DNA of 64,000 nucleotides from Eledone cirrhosa (taxonomy: Eukaryota), in the NCBI GenBank assembly GCA_964016885.1, contig OZ024748.1, positions 17,236,001 through 17,300,000 of the forward strand, read 5' to 3'. The position numbers were made by a program, and so were the translations under genes. The notes under the pieces are model-generated. The model worked only from the letters and a program-made list of their open reading frames with translations. It did no database searches and had not been told where the DNA came from. Of this stretch, positions 24,935 through 42,231 are shown in pieces. The stretch's first letter is position 1. Each line of letters begins with the position of its first letter.

Positions 24935-26240
24935 TTGTTGTTTTGTTGTTGTTTTGTTGTTGTTGGGTTGTTGTTATTGTGTATTGTTATTGTTGTAGTG
25001 TGTTGTTTTTGTTGCAGTGGGTTGTTGTTGTAGTGTTGTTGTTGTTGCAGTGGGTTGTTGTTGTAGTGTGACTTTATGGTTGCAGTGGGTTTTCTGTTGT
25101 AGTGTGTTGTTATTGTTGCAGTGGGTTGTTGTTGTAGTGTGTTGTTGTTGTTGTTGTTGTTGTTGTGGGTTGCTGTAGTGTGTTGTTGTTATTGTAGTTT
25201 ATTTTAGGGGGATTTTTCTTTTCTTTTTTCGTGATTCAGCATTTTTGTCTGTGGTGGTGGTGGCTGCAGTGGTGGTGGTGGTTGTAGTGGTGATGGTGGT
25301 GGCTGCAGTGGTGGTGGTGGTGGTGGTGGCTGCAGTGGTGGTGGTGGTGGTGGTGGTTGTAGTGGTGGTGGTGGTTGTAGTGGTGGTGGTGGTTGTAGTG
25401 GTGATGGTGGTGGCTGCAGTGGTGGTGGTGGTTGTAGTGGTGGTGGTTGTAGTGGTGATGGTGGTGGCTGTAGTGGTAGTGGTGGTTGTAGTGGTGATGG
25501 TGGTGGCTGCAGTGGTGGTGGTGGTTGTAGTAGTGATGGTGGTGATGGTGAAGGCGATGGTGTTGGCTGAGGTGATGGTGATGGTGGTAGTAGTGGCAGT
25601 GTTGTTAGTGTTGGCTGAGGTGGTGGTGATGGTGGTAGTAGTGGCAGTGTTGTTAGTGTTGGCTGAGGTGCTGGTGGTGGTAGTGGCAATGATGTTGGCA
25701 AAGATGGTGGTGGTAGTGTTGATGATGTTGTTGGTGGTGATATTTGTTTTATTTTAGTTTAAATATGGCAGGAAACTATCAGATTACAATGTCTAGTTGA
25801 AAACAAGTAAATCATAACAGTTGTTGTTATTGTTGTTGCTCGTTATTTGTTGTTGTTTGTTGCTGTTGTTGTTGCTGTTGTTATTATAGTTATTGTTGCT
25901 GTTGTTACTATAGTTGTTGTTGCTGTTGTTACTATAGTTGTTGTTGCTGTTGTTATTATAGTTATTGTTGTTATTGTTGCTGTTGTTACTATAGTTGTTG
26001 TTGTTGTTATTATAGTTGTTGCTGTTATTATAGTTGTTGCTGTTGTTATTATAGTTGTTGTTGCTATTATAGTTGTTGTTGCTGTTGTTATTATAGTTAT
26101 TGTTGTTATTGTTGCTGTTGTTACTATAGTTGTTGTTGTTGTTGTTATTATAGTTGTTGCTGTTATTATAGTTGTTGCTGTTGTTATTATAGTTGTTGTT
26201 GCTATTATAGTTGTTGTTGCTGTTGTTATTGTTGTTGTTA
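24935..26240. repeat. Series of GTT, GGT and TTA/GTT trinucleotide-derived repeats
   Basis: Directly visible. The poly-Val/Pro/Asn ORFs are read-through. Confidence 0.9.
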
Positions 26241-26789
26241 AACCCAATCACCAATTTAAATATACAAAGATTAATGGGAGAGTGGCGGAGAGTGACAGGT
26301 CTGTGAAATACTTGTTTAAGGAAAATATATATAATAGTGTGTTATATGTATACATATGGATTTTGTATGCATATATATAAGCTTTGTATGTATATGTATG
26401 TTTTCTATGTATGTATATATTTTCTATGTATATGAATGTGTTTGTATGTATGCATTTGTATGTATATGTATGTATGTTTGTATGTGTATATATATGTATG
26501 TGTATGTATGTTTCTATGAATGTGTTTGTATGTATACATTTGTATGTATATGTATGTATGTTTGTATGTGTATATATATGTATGTGTATGTATGTTTCTA
26601 TGAATGTGTTTGTATGTATGCATTTGTATGTATATGTATGTATGTTTGTATGTGTATATATATGTATGTGTATGTATGTTTCTATGTATATGTATGTCTT
26701 TGTATATGTGGTTAGAAACTCCCAGGATAAATAGATAGTTAAATAGACAGACAAGCAGATAGATAGATAGACAGACAGACAGTTCTAGA

Positions 26790-26829
<40 letters not shown>

Positions 26830-26910
26830 AAATAAACTATGAAGTATTTAGACATGAGATAACTTTGATAACTCTCGGCCAGTATTGGCCCAGGCCATGT
26901 GTAACTTTAA

Positions 26911-27130
26911 CCCTTTAGTATTCACATTACTCTATAAATACTATTATATTTTCATGGTAAAGGCTTTACTTCGCATAATTATCTCACATAATATCGAATC
27001 TATGAGATTTTGAAAGTATTTATTTTGAGAACAATACCTTAACATCAGTTTGAGCGACCAGTTACAGCCAGTTTCAACAGAAAGAGGTAGAGAATTCTGG
27101 CCAGTTTTGGCCAGTTTGAACATTAAAGGG
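26911..27130. mobile_element. piggyBac-type MITE
   Basis: TTAA|ccctttagtatt ... aacattaaaggg|TTAA. Homologous to 6305. Confidence 0.85.
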
Positions 27131-27301
27131 TTAATAGCACCACATAAATTATGAAATATGAGATATGAGGTGAAATTTGCTGATTGGTTGCAGATATTCC
27201 CTCCTTTTAATTGATGGAGAGGAAAAACGTTTTAAAATATGATAGTTAAACAAAAAATTAAATTTATGAAAATGGTTTCGTTTAATTTAAATCTAAAATA
27301 G

Positions 27302-27332
<31 letters not shown>

Positions 27333-27897
27333 TACTCACACACATAAACACACTCACACACACACTCACACACACACTCACATACTCACACACATAAACA
27401 CACTCACACACACACATACACACTCACACATATTTTAGAAATCAAAGAGGAAATTTGAATAACAACCATGATTTTGGTTTTTGTGTTAATTATATATATT
27501 ATATATAACCTGATTGTATTTTCGTTGTTTTGGTAAATTATGTGGCTAGGCACCCTTGCCACAGTTTTCAATTTGTCACGCTATCTAACATATGTTAATT
27601 ACTCTAAGATGTAGTCTATCAATTCATTGATACATCCTTATTGAGTGATTTTGTGCAAACCTAATTGTATCTCATTAGCTTGGCCACCACCATAACTTCG
27701 ATTTTACTAACCTTCCATTTGTATATATAACATCATTTTGACATCCGTTCTTCCACACTTGCATGGGTTGGATGGCTCTTTCTCAGCATAGTATCTCTCC
27801 ACTTGCTGCGTTTCTTTCTCATCTCCTCTGAGAGTCTCAGTGATTTGACGTCAGCTCTCACAACCTCTGCCCATGCCCATGTCTATCTTGGTCTACC

Positions 27898-27933
<36 letters not shown>

Positions 27934-28242
27934 AACACACACACGTGTGTGTGAAGGTAAAATAAGAAAAACCTTGACAGAGATGGTGGCCAGAAGGTCT
28001 ACAGAGAAGAACCTCCCCCCCCCCTTCCACCTGTCGCCTCTTGAAGCAAGTGTTTTGGCTCTATATCATCATCATCATCATCATCATCATGATTTTTAAT
28101 TTAGGCTATACTTGACACTTGTTGCTCTGAAGGTTCTACAGTCTACTGTCCAAGCTGTCTAAACACACAGATATAACAATGATTATCTCCCTTCCTAAAC
28201 CTCTCTAATGTGTAAGATACACCTTGATCAGCAAATCTCCAA

Positions 28243-29340
28243 AATGGCTGACTGAATATGCACATGTATTTTTTTCTCATTTTCCCCCCATTCCTTCCCC
28301 TTCTCACTCTGTATATTTTTATTTTATCTTTTACGTCTAAATCTATCTTCTAATGAAGGACTAGTGTCTGAAACGTTAAAACCATATCTTAAAGAAGGGG
28401 CTGATTGTGAATTTTCCCTTTCCGCATGTTGCAAAGTATTCACTGCATGTGGTGTTTCTGACAGGGGGCTCTCTAATTTGTTGTTTATGTACACAAAATT
28501 TGTCATGGAGATACGTTCCAATTTCACCAATGTAGTATTCTTCACATTGTGGGCAGGTTGTAGTGTAAATTAAGTTGTTAATTTGTTTTGCAATTAACTT
28601 TGAAAATCTCATTGTTTTTAAAGGAGATTTGCCCACCCTCTTCAATGTATTCACAAGTTCCGCATCGAGGGTTCCCGCATTTCTTAACTTGCATTGTTTC
28701 ATTATCAAACATAAATTTTGCCTTGGTAAGCAGTATTTTTTAGGTTGGGTGCTTAGCATCTACTATATATTATTTGTGAGTCTTTTATGAGTGCATTCAT
28801 TTTAGGGGACTGTTGGAGAATCGGGAGATATTGTTTAGCGGCTTTCACAATGTTGAAGTTCCTTGGATTGTGAGTGACTTTTATTTTGTTGGTTTGTTTT
28901 TCTCAGTGTTGTCACTGGGATGTTCTGGGCCTTGGAGATGGCCATATTGCTGAGGTTCACTGGATATTCTTGTCTTTTAAGGAACTCTTTTTGTTCATAT
29001 AATCTTTTTTCCTGTAGTGTTGGGTGTGTTACTATGATGCAAATGCGTCTTGCCATGTTAACGTGAATGTTCCTTTTGGTATGTAAAGGGTGTGCTGATC
29101 GGAAATTCAAATATTGGTGTGTGTCTGTTGGTTTATAAAATAGGATGTTTTGATATTTTCCCCTTCTTTAATGATAAGGATATCCAGAAACGGTAGTTCC
29201 TTTTTATTACATTCCATGCTAAATTTTATTGCTTCGTGAAGACTGTTTATGATGGAATGGAATCTTTGCAGGTCTTCTTGGCTTCTATTCCAGAAGATGA
29301 AGCAGTCGTCTAGGTAACGTATCCAGTTGTGATTCTACAA
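28243..29340 (-). mobile_element. Penelope-like element 1, decayed (RT C-terminal half plus GIY-YIG endonuclease) with an inverted terminal-repeat fragment
   Basis: Minus strand WIRYLDDCFIFW (~29290-29325), NFRSAHPLHTKRNI thumb motif, NLIYTTTCPQCEEYYIGE (GIY-YIG with CxxC). Frameshifted. 28243-28380 matches the solo element at 18108. Confidence 0.88.
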
Positions 29341-29832
29341 AACCAAATTGTAAAATCATATTTTGAAATTAAATTAAATTGTTTAGAACTACAAGTGAAG
29401 TCATTTCCTTTTTTTTTTAAATATATGTAACTGTACCAAAGATTTCACACATTTTCCAATATATACTTATATATATAGTTGTACTGGTGGACTATTTTCT
29501 AAGGTGCTATTTGGTGAGAATCCTATTGTATTGATGTGAAATCCTCTTTACCACAAAGACATTAACATATAAAATACATAAATATCAGAAAAACCTGCAC
29601 AAATGTATGACTGCAGTCTAATGACTGAAACCAGGCAATGTAAGAGTAAAAAACATGAAGAAATTCATACTCATGCATGTATTAAAGAACAACAACAACA
29701 ACAATACAAAGATTACCCGATAACTTCTACTTTTCGTTACCTCATCTTACAGACCATTTTGCCATTGTTTTGCCTTCTATCTCTTTCAATGTTACATATT
29801 ATATACAATGCTTCAGGCAAACTATAACATTT

Positions 29833-29898
<66 letters not shown>

Positions 29899-29950
29899 TA
29901 AAAATAATGAATAAAAACAAAGAAACCGTTCCTTATATTTAAAAATTCAT

Positions 29951-30080
29951 CATTTTACGATCGTTTCTAGGATATATATGTGTGTGTTGGTATGTATATC
30001 ATATAGATCTATGTAAAATGTTTACAAACTATCAGAGGGAATATACATACCTACACATATATATGCTGTCTTCAGAAATA
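29951..30080 (-). ncRNA. Type I hammerhead ribozyme motif with long stem II in the 3' region of Penelope-like element 2
   Basis: Reverse complement: tattt-ctgaaga-[atatatatgtgt/acacatatatat and ggtatgtatat/atatacatacc pairings]-gaaa-c-gatc-g-ta-aaatg. Same strand as the ORF. Confidence 0.72.
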
Positions 30081-30260
30081 ATTGTTTCTACTTTAGGCAC
30101 AGGGCCAGCAATTACCCAGTGCATTACTGGTACTTTATTTTATCGACCCCGTAAGGATGAAAGGCAAAGTCAACCTCGGCGGGATTTGAACTCAGATCGT
30201 AAAGGGACGTAACTATGCTGGAAAGCATGGCGCCTGACCCTCTACCGATACTGCCAATCC
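30080..30260 (-). mobile_element. SINE family B nested in Penelope-like element 2
   Basis: Flanked by direct repeat cagaaataat (30073-30082, 30260-30269), a likely TSD. Confidence 0.88.
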
Positions 30261-32629
30261 AGAAATAATGATATTTGTTTATTGAAAAAAACCAACAAAG
30301 ATTTAATATAATAGGTCTGTTTGGGAACAGGTTTTGAATTGACCGATAGAAAGGTAGTAAGTGGTCAAGATGATAGAATAGTAGTAATAGAAATTTAATT
30401 TAGGGGTAGAGGAAAGCAGACTTCAGTTTTGAATGGAAAGAGTATTTTGAATGAAAAGATTACTTTGGGGATGAAAATAGGTCAAGTCGGTGAAAGGTAC
30501 ACGAAAATTTGATGTTATAAAAGAATAATGCTAGTGTTAAAATCTAAGGAGAATAAAATTTTACGATAAATGTGTTAGTGAAAAATATCAATCTTATTTA
30601 AAACATAAGGAATTTACATCTATAAAAAGAAAATAAATTAATTTAATTGATAGGTATATTTATATTGATAAATTGATATTAATTCATATAGATATGATAA
30701 ATAAGAGTTAGATGTAATTGAAGAATGTTGTTAAAAACGAAGGAAAAAAAAAAAATAATAATAAAAATGGGGGGGGGGGGGTAAATGTATTAGTGAGAAA
30801 TAACAAATTTATATAGATTACAAGGAATATAGATTCATAACCTGAAATTAAAATAGTCTATATGTATACTTATTGGTATAAATTTTAGGAAAAGATAGCT
30901 GTAAAAGGGAAATAAAATTATGCAGTTCATTAGTAGTAGAATATTAATTATAGATTAACTAATTTAAAAAAAAAAAATTTAAAAAAAATGTTATTATAAT
31001 AATTTGTAAAGTTAATTAATTAGGTTTATAATATTTAAAAGTTCTTCTAATTTTATGATTACATGATATAATTAATTCTTGTCGCTTATTTAAAAGGATA
31101 TCCTTAGATTTCATTATTTCAAAAAGTTCCTGGGAACATAATCTACATTCATATCTATTATTTTGATAAAGGGTGGCCCTTTTGAGCACACTCCAGGTCA
31201 GGTTATAATCGATATTCTTTTTTCTATAATTATTAATTATTTCAGCTAAGGATGTTGTATTAGCTAATGCGGCATTTTTAAAACTGTATTTGTGGGTATT
31301 AAATCTTACTTTAAATTGGTTAGAAGTAGCTCCTATATATGAATAAGTTGAGTCCTTAGTGTTAATTTTACATTTATATACTATGTTATTAATAAGGCAA
31401 TTTCCTTTTAATGGGCAATTTGCTTTGTTTCTACAGTTACAACCTTTCGTGAATGTTGTATCAGAGGAGATAGTCAAATTAGGTGTGGAATTTTCTCAAC
31501 TTGTTGTATGTGAATGAGATGGTGGTTTTCTGTGGTTTATTTTAGTATTATGGTTAGTTTGATGTATTGGTGGTATATTCATGTTTTTTTTTACATTTAT
31601 ATGCATTATAGGCACTTATATTTTGTTGTATATTTTTGGTTGTTGAGTAGGAGAATTTGACCGTTGATCTATTTAAAATTTGATGGTATTTATGGTTTGG
31701 TGGGAAGTTTTTCTCTAGGATAGTAAAAAAAAATTTTAGGTATATTATCTTTAATTTGTAGATTAAATGGAGCATTATACCAAGTAACTCGTCTATTACG
31801 GTTTCGATGTTGTTTTTTATTTTTATACGATGTATCCTGATGTTTACTAAGAGAATTAGTATTAGTGATTTTATTACACATAATTTTAGTTAGATTCATT
31901 GATTTAGGTGTTTTAGCCTGATTATTAGGAATTTTGTTATTAACATATATTGGAATATTAGGATGAATGGTTTTTTGAAAGTTATTATATTGTATATTAG
32001 AAGAGTTACAGAAATTAAGTTTTAAGTTGGTATTTTTGGGTATAGTGTGAGTGGCATTTAGGTGTGTATATTTCATTTGGTGTTTGTTGGTAATATTGGG
32101 TTGTATGTTTGTAGTATTATTGGTACAAGGTATATATACTAATTTGTTTTTGTGGCCGCTTCTAGCTAAAGCTTTGTTATAAAAGGTCGCATTTTTATCG
32201 AATACATCCTGGTTAGATGAAAAGTTAGAAATTCTGAGTGAGATATTATATGCTAGGTTTTTAAGGATAGATTTAGGGTGATTAGATTGTGAGTGTATGT
32301 AATGTAAGTTTTGGTTAGGTTTATGGTAAGGTTCGTAGATACCCGTAGATAAGTCTAATGTTATATCAAGGAAATTAACTACTTGTGTTTTCAAATGTAA
32401 TATTGAGACTATAATAGTCTTTGAGGAAAGTTCTAATAAGTTTTTTATTTTTTTCAATTTCTGATAGGCTAAGGTTAGTGGAAAGAAGACAGTCGTCACG
32501 ATATAATCCACCTTTAAGGTGGGGAAAAGAAGCATTTATGTTAAATAGAAGAAAGAGGCCCACAAGATCGATAATTTGGGCAGAATCGCTAGAGCCCATA
32601 GTAATGTCGAATAGATTACTATATGTATT

Positions 32630-32840
32630 TCATAAAAAACTTCCAGGGAAAGTGTAAAATCAGCTTGCTCCAGGTTCCAGGCCTGGATTGAGGCTGTAAT
32701 AGACGCTAATGGCGGTTATTTTGAGTAAAACTCTTTGACAATAGTGTAATTTCCTTGTCCATTGAATTTCTTTTAAATCAAATAAATTTTGTAGATACCA
32801 AGCACTTTTTCTTTTTCCTGATGAAACTGTCAAATTTTGG
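32630..32840 (+). mobile_element. Tc1/mariner-superfamily transposase 3' remnant
   Basis: Translates SACSRFQAWIEAVIDANGGYFE*, a typical C-terminus of these transposases. Confidence 0.7.
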
Positions 32841-32874
32841 ATTGCCTCGGAAACATAACCTTGTTATGTAACAA

Positions 32875-32948
32875 GCTGTCTGATGATGTCACAACGCTCG
32901 CACACAGAACAGTGTGGCCAGTGTCGCCATTGAAATATATATCACAGC
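32875..32948 (+). ncRNA. Type I hammerhead ribozyme motif, canonical core
   Basis: gctgt-ctgatga-(imperfect stem II with cacac/gtgtg)-gaaa-t-atat-a-tc-acagc, followed about 45 nt later by (TA)n. Confidence 0.72.
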
Positions 32949-32988
32949 ATTAAGGACTTGAACATCTGAAACTACTTCGCTTTTCCTT

Positions 32989-36897
<3,909 letters not shown>

Positions 36898-37144
36898 GTT
36901 TTTGTTTCTTGGTTTTTGCTATTATTTTTCCATTTTGAATATTAAATGTTGTTTTAGAAATGGACTTCATTTTTAGAATCATTATTTCAATTCGGAGACA
37001 CAATAAAATTATGCAGCCTCATTTGTTAAGAATTAAAATCATTATTTCCAACCAACAACATTCAGTTGTTCAACGAAAAACGACGAGGAATAGCGGTAAA
37101 AAAAAACAAAAAACATTATTAATAAACAAATAAAAGAACAACAA

Positions 37145-37180
<36 letters not shown>

Positions 37181-37351
37181 TGTTATTATTATTCAAGAGA
37201 AGATTAATCAATATCTTTTAAAACAACTGGTGAAATAATACTTCTTTTATAACTAACAGACAAACTCTCATCATTATTTAAAACATTGTACAGGTTTCAG
37301 TCATTACACAACACAGACATGGCCACACATATATATATATACATATATATA

Positions 37352-37624
37352 TAATTGTGTGGTTGCATGAAAAATGCGTCCGTAGGTGGTATGCCGGTTG
37401 AGCACCCGATGCTTGCGCAGAGCAGAGAATGATATTATAAGGATAAGGAACAAAGATTCAGTGTTGCATCATAACATATTTCACATATCTGACGACCTTT
37501 CGATTACACAGACAGGTTCGATCTATAATAGGTCTTGCCTCAAGCTGATTGATAGTGAAACATATGTAATGTGTTATTAAATATGGTATGATGCAACACT
37601 GAATCCTTGTTCCTTCTCCTCATA
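37352..37624. mobile_element. Fold-back island (family of 6800 and 43991)
   Basis: Inverted arms ggaacaaagattcagtgttgcatcataacatattt / aaatatggtatgatgcaacactgaatccttgttcc. Confidence 0.78.
37483..37574 (+). ncRNA. Type I hammerhead motif with extended stem II
   Basis: acatat-ctgacga-...-gaaa-c-atat-g-ta-atgtgt. Confidence 0.66.
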
Positions 37625-37635
37625 GTGTGTGTATG

Positions 37636-37717
<82 letters not shown>

Positions 37718-37995
37718 AAGGCATATGGCTTAGTAGTTAAAGTATTGAGCTTGCATTCGTGAGGTTGTGAGTTCATTTCTTGGACTGCGTGATGTGTTGT
37801 TCTCCTTGAGTAAGACACTTTATTTCATATTGTTCCAGTTTACTCAGCTGTAGAAACGAGTTACAATGTCACTGGTGCCAAGTTGCATCAGCCTTTGCCT
37901 TTCCCTTAAACAACATTGGTGGTGTAGAGAAGAGAGACCAGTATTCTTGAGCAACTGCTGGTCTTCAACAAACAACCATTGGTTTCAGGGTCCAG
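37718..37995 (+). mobile_element. SINE A2
   Basis: Matches 15830-16150. Confidence 0.8.
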
Positions 37996-38098
37996 TTATG
38001 GCCATCACTGTATATTGGAAGAGGCACTTTTAAGCTGGCCCTTCTTCGGGCACATGAACAGAAATCTTGCATGCATTAATTTCAACTCTTCTTATTAA

Positions 38099-38756
38099 TC
38101 TTTAGCGTGCTAGCAATTATTTTGAATTGTCTTCCTTGACACAGCATTATTTTTTTGGTACCTTATATTTTAAAATTATTATAACTTTCTTTGTATTTTG
38201 TGTACAGACTTGATTTTTTCTGTGCTAATAAAGGGATACATGAGCTATATTTTACTGTAATTTATTGTGTCCTGCTTGTATCTTTTAACACTAAAAACAA
38301 ATGAAAGAGAAACACAAAAACAAAACCTCGCAAGGATTAGCATACACACTCGGTACGTTGCTTTCCAGAGCATCACTATCATATTCTACTTCTTCTCCAA
38401 GAATATCAGCTGCATAAATCCTAAAAATTCATTTTCTGAATCAGAATCCATAAAGATTTCTTCAACAAAATTTTCTTTCATAGTAGTCACCATTTTCAAA
38501 AATCCAAACAAACTTCTCCTTCACCTACAACTGTTTACTCAAACATTGAATGAAGAAAAAATGTTTAACTGGTGTTGGAAAACGAAAGTTTATTCTTGTT
38601 CTGAATCGAAAGTATGCTTTTATTAGTTTAAAATCCCCAAAATAACCTTTAACAGAGTTATTTTTGACAAAGGGTTTCCAAGGTGATAAAATATGCCTGC
38701 AGCTACAGGGGCAGAGTATTATGTGGTGCATTAAGTCACCAATGGTATGCTAAAGA
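38099..38756 (-). mobile_element. Probable non-autonomous piggyBac-like element
   Basis: TTAA|tctttagcg ... tgctaaaga|TTAA. The minus strand encodes a frameshifted acidic peptide, MVTTMKENFVEEIFMDSDSENEFLGF. Confidence 0.5.
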
Positions 38757-39019
38757 TTAATAACTGCATTGTTTTTTTCCAGGGACCATGTTGAAAAATA
38801 AACCTCATTTGGTCATTTCCATGAGAGTATCTTGGTCAGCCTATGAAGTTTTTAGCCAACCCTTGTAGATAATTAAATGTTTTGATAGAGGGAGCAATCA
38901 TAAAAATATTGTCTAGGAAATGAATAATATATCCTTTCTCAAACTGGGGATAAATGAAAGGGACAATCTACTCCGATAGAATTTGAACTTAGAACTATAG
39001 TTAAAGATATATACCCTAA

Positions 39020-40030
39020 TAATGATTTCTGATTTAGGCACAAGGCCAACAATTTTTGGGAAGGGGCAAGTGAAATAAATCGACCCTAGTGTGTTACTGG
39101 TGCATTATTTTGTCGACCGCATAAGGGTGAATGGCAAATCTAACCTTGGCGGGATTTGAAATCAGAACGTAAAGGGCCGTAACTCTATGCCACAAAGCAT
39201 ATAACTTAATAATTGTTTCTACTTTTGGCACAAGGCCAGCAATCACCCAGTACATTACTGGTACTTTTTTTTTATCGACCTCGTAAGGATGAAAGGCAAA
39301 GTTAACCTCGACAGGATTTGAACTCGGACCATAAAGGGACGCTGGAAAGTATGGTGTCCGACCCTCTACCAATACTGACAATTCACCGCCTTTATAACTT
39401 GTCAAGGCATGTGGCTGAGTGGTTAGAGAATTGGATTCGCAGTCGTAAGGTTGTGAGTTCGATTCCTGGACCAGGTGATGTGTTATGTCCTTGAGCAAGA
39501 CACTTTATTTCACGTTGCTCCTTCTACCTGGAGTTGCGACCGATAGATAGTATTAGCAATTGGAAAGACCAACGGAAACACTGTTCCCTCGGTCCGATTT
39601 GACGAAAGTCGATCGTTCCTTTTTTTATAACTTAATAATGATTTCTACTATACGCACAAGGCCAGTAATTTGGGTAGAGAGGAAAGTCTATTAAATCGAC
39701 CCCAGTGTGTTACTGGTACTTTATTTTATCGACCCCCCCCCCCCATAAGGGTGAAAGGCAAAGCTAACCTCGGCGGAGTTTGAAGTCGGAAAGTAAAGGG
39801 CCGGAACTCGATGTCACAAAGCATATAACTTACTTAATAATTGTTTCTACTTTTGCCGCAAGACCAGCAATTCACCAGTACATTACTGGTACTTCATTTG
39901 ATAGACCCCCGTAAGGATGAAAGGTAAAGTGAACCTCGGCGAGATTTGAACTCAGACTATAAAGGGGCGTAACTCTATGCTGCAAAGCATGGCGTCCGCC
40001 TTCTACCGATACTGCTAATCCTCCGCTCAT
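39020..40030. mobile_element. Cluster of four reverse SINE B copies around one forward SINE A3 (39406-39625)
   Basis: Repeated ggcacaaggccagcaa...taaggatgaaaggcaaag blocks. Confidence 0.85.
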
Positions 40031-40487
40031 ATAACTTAATAATGCAGGACATTTTCTCCATCACAGCATTACACAATTACTAATTGCAATATTATGGTAA
40101 TATAAAAACACATGTGAGGTTAATTGTCCAACCATTAATTACTTGTTAAATAATCATTCTTTCCAGAGTATAACCAGTTGGCAGAATCATTAGAGCATCC
40201 AAATAACACTTGTGCCTTTACCCTACTCCTCCCCTCGATAGTTTTTAAATTCAAATTTAGTTAGGGTTCAGCTTTGCTTCATTTCCATATATCTTCTTCA
40301 CAAAATATTACCATGCTCTCTAATTAAGAAACCAATAATCTCTCTTCTTAAAAAAAAATGTAATTAAACTTGAAATTGGAAAATTATTTTTTAATAAAAC
40401 ATTTTAATTACTTGTTTTGTTTTTATACCCCCAATTTACCATAAATTTGAAACCAATATCATCTAATTTCTATGATCAGATAACAGA

Positions 40488-40928
40488 AAATGTTAGAAAT
40501 AGCAGTCAAATCCCTCTTAATTGTCTACTGCTATCTTGAAAGAAAGCAGGATAAACTAGAGAATGTAGTGTAATAGCAACAAATGGTAGAAATAGCAGTC
40601 AAATCCCTATTAATTGCCTACTTCTATCTTGAGATAAAGAAGGATAGACTGAGCAATGTAGTGTAATAGCAACAAATGTTAGAAATAGCAGTCAAATCAC
40701 TCCAAAATTGACCTACTAGCTTGAAAAAATGAAGGATAGGCTGGACAATGTAGTGTAATAGCAACAAATGCTAGAAATAGCAGTCAAATCACTTCTAAAT
40801 TGCCCACAACTAGCTTGAACTAAAGATGGATAGACTGGAAAATGTAGTGTAATATCAACAAATGCTAGAAATAGCAGTCAAATCATTCTTAAATTGCCTA
40901 CTAATATCATGAAATAAAAACGGATACT
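40488..40928. repeat. ~93-bp tandem repeat, about 4.7 diverged copies
   Basis: tagaaatagcagtcaaatc recurs five times at about 93-bp spacing. Confidence 0.88.
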
Positions 40929-41211
40929 TCCTTTGAGCAGGGTTTAAATCAAAATGGCTTAACATGGAACTATTACAAAACAACAAAAACCAGTACTAGA
41001 ACCAGATTTAGACCTTGGGAGAGAAGCGAGGTACTTCAGGTCTGTTGGGCCCTTCATAAAAGAAGAGTTTTAAGGCCATTTTTCATGCCAAAGATTGGCC
41101 TTGTTTCTTTCCAAAGACTATGTTGAAAAATAAACCTTGTTTGGTCATTCCATGAGAGTATTTTGGTCAGCCTATGAACTATTCAGCCAACCCTTTTATA
41201 TGGATGTATTT

Positions 41212-41557
41212 GGAGGCACATGGCTTAGTGGTTAGAGCATTGGCCTTGCAATCAAAAGGTTGTGAGTTCAATTCTCAGACCGGGTGATGTGTTGATTCCT
41301 TGAGCAAGACACTTTATTTCACGTTGCTCCAGTTTACTCAGCTGTAGAAATGAGATGATAGGGACTGGGGTCCATATCATTCCACTGCAAAGTGGTCGTG
41401 GAGGTGCCACGGCAAAAAAGCACCCAGCACTCACTGTAAATGAGGTTGGTGTTAGGAAGGGCATCCAGCTGTAGAAATCAAGCCAGCATCAGTTCCCTTC
41501 CCACCCTTGCAAGCAGGGAAAAAGCGGACGTAAAATGAAATGATGAATGATGATGAT
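41212..41557 (+). mobile_element. SINE family A
   Basis: Full copy. Confidence 0.9.
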
Positions 41558-41877
41558 TTGAGTGTATGATTATATATATATATATATACACATTTCTTCA
41601 AATGAAACAGTTCCAGTTCTGTAGAAGCCATTTCTATATTAAATTTTGTATATACTCTACTAATGTATCAAGTACCTTACTGTGGATACCCGCGATTGAA
41701 CCTGGGACTGACATATATATATTCATTATATTAAGGCTAAATAGGGAATCTTTTTACTGTGGAATTTCTCCTGTTTATCACAGAGTCATCGATGACAAGA
41801 TTCACTATTTAGCCTTAATAAGATGAATATTAAAACTCTACTTTGGTATTGAGTACTCTTTTCTCTTAGCCATTAAC

Positions 41878-41909
<32 letters not shown>

Positions 41910-42031
41910 ACACACACATATATATATAACACACATATATATATATAACACACATATATATATATCACACATATATATATATATAACACATATATATATA
42001 TATATATATAACACGCATATATATATATATA

Positions 42032-42068
<37 letters not shown>

Positions 42069-42188
42069 TATAGACATAGAATATTCGAAAATATTCTGTA
42101 TGTTTATAATAAACATTTTGAAGACCTAATCGCTATAGAATAGAATACGTCACGTATTACAATTAGATTCTCGATAAAAGCAAGGGAA

Positions 42189-42231
42189 GTAATCTACGCG
42201 TTTCATTCTCGTTAGAAATCATCAGGACTAC
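42189..42231 (-). ncRNA. Minimal type I hammerhead ribozyme motif, canonical core
   Basis: Reverse complement: gtagtc-ctgatga-t-ttct-aacg-agaa-t-gaaa-c-gc-g-ta-gattac. Confidence 0.78.

Larger units (their letters stand above)
29893..32630 (-). mobile_element. Penelope-like element 2, 5'-truncated and frameshifted (YRDD-type RT plus GIY-YIG), with 3' hammerhead, ending in (TA)n
   Basis: MGSSDSAQIIDLVG...GLYRDD, VNFLDITLDL, YIHSQSNHP, RRVTWYNAPF, CNCRNKANCPLKGNC..NIVY..YIG..FKVRFNTH..CRLC in ORFs 32375-32599, 31690-32535, 31554-31775 and 31016-31477. Confidence 0.9.
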
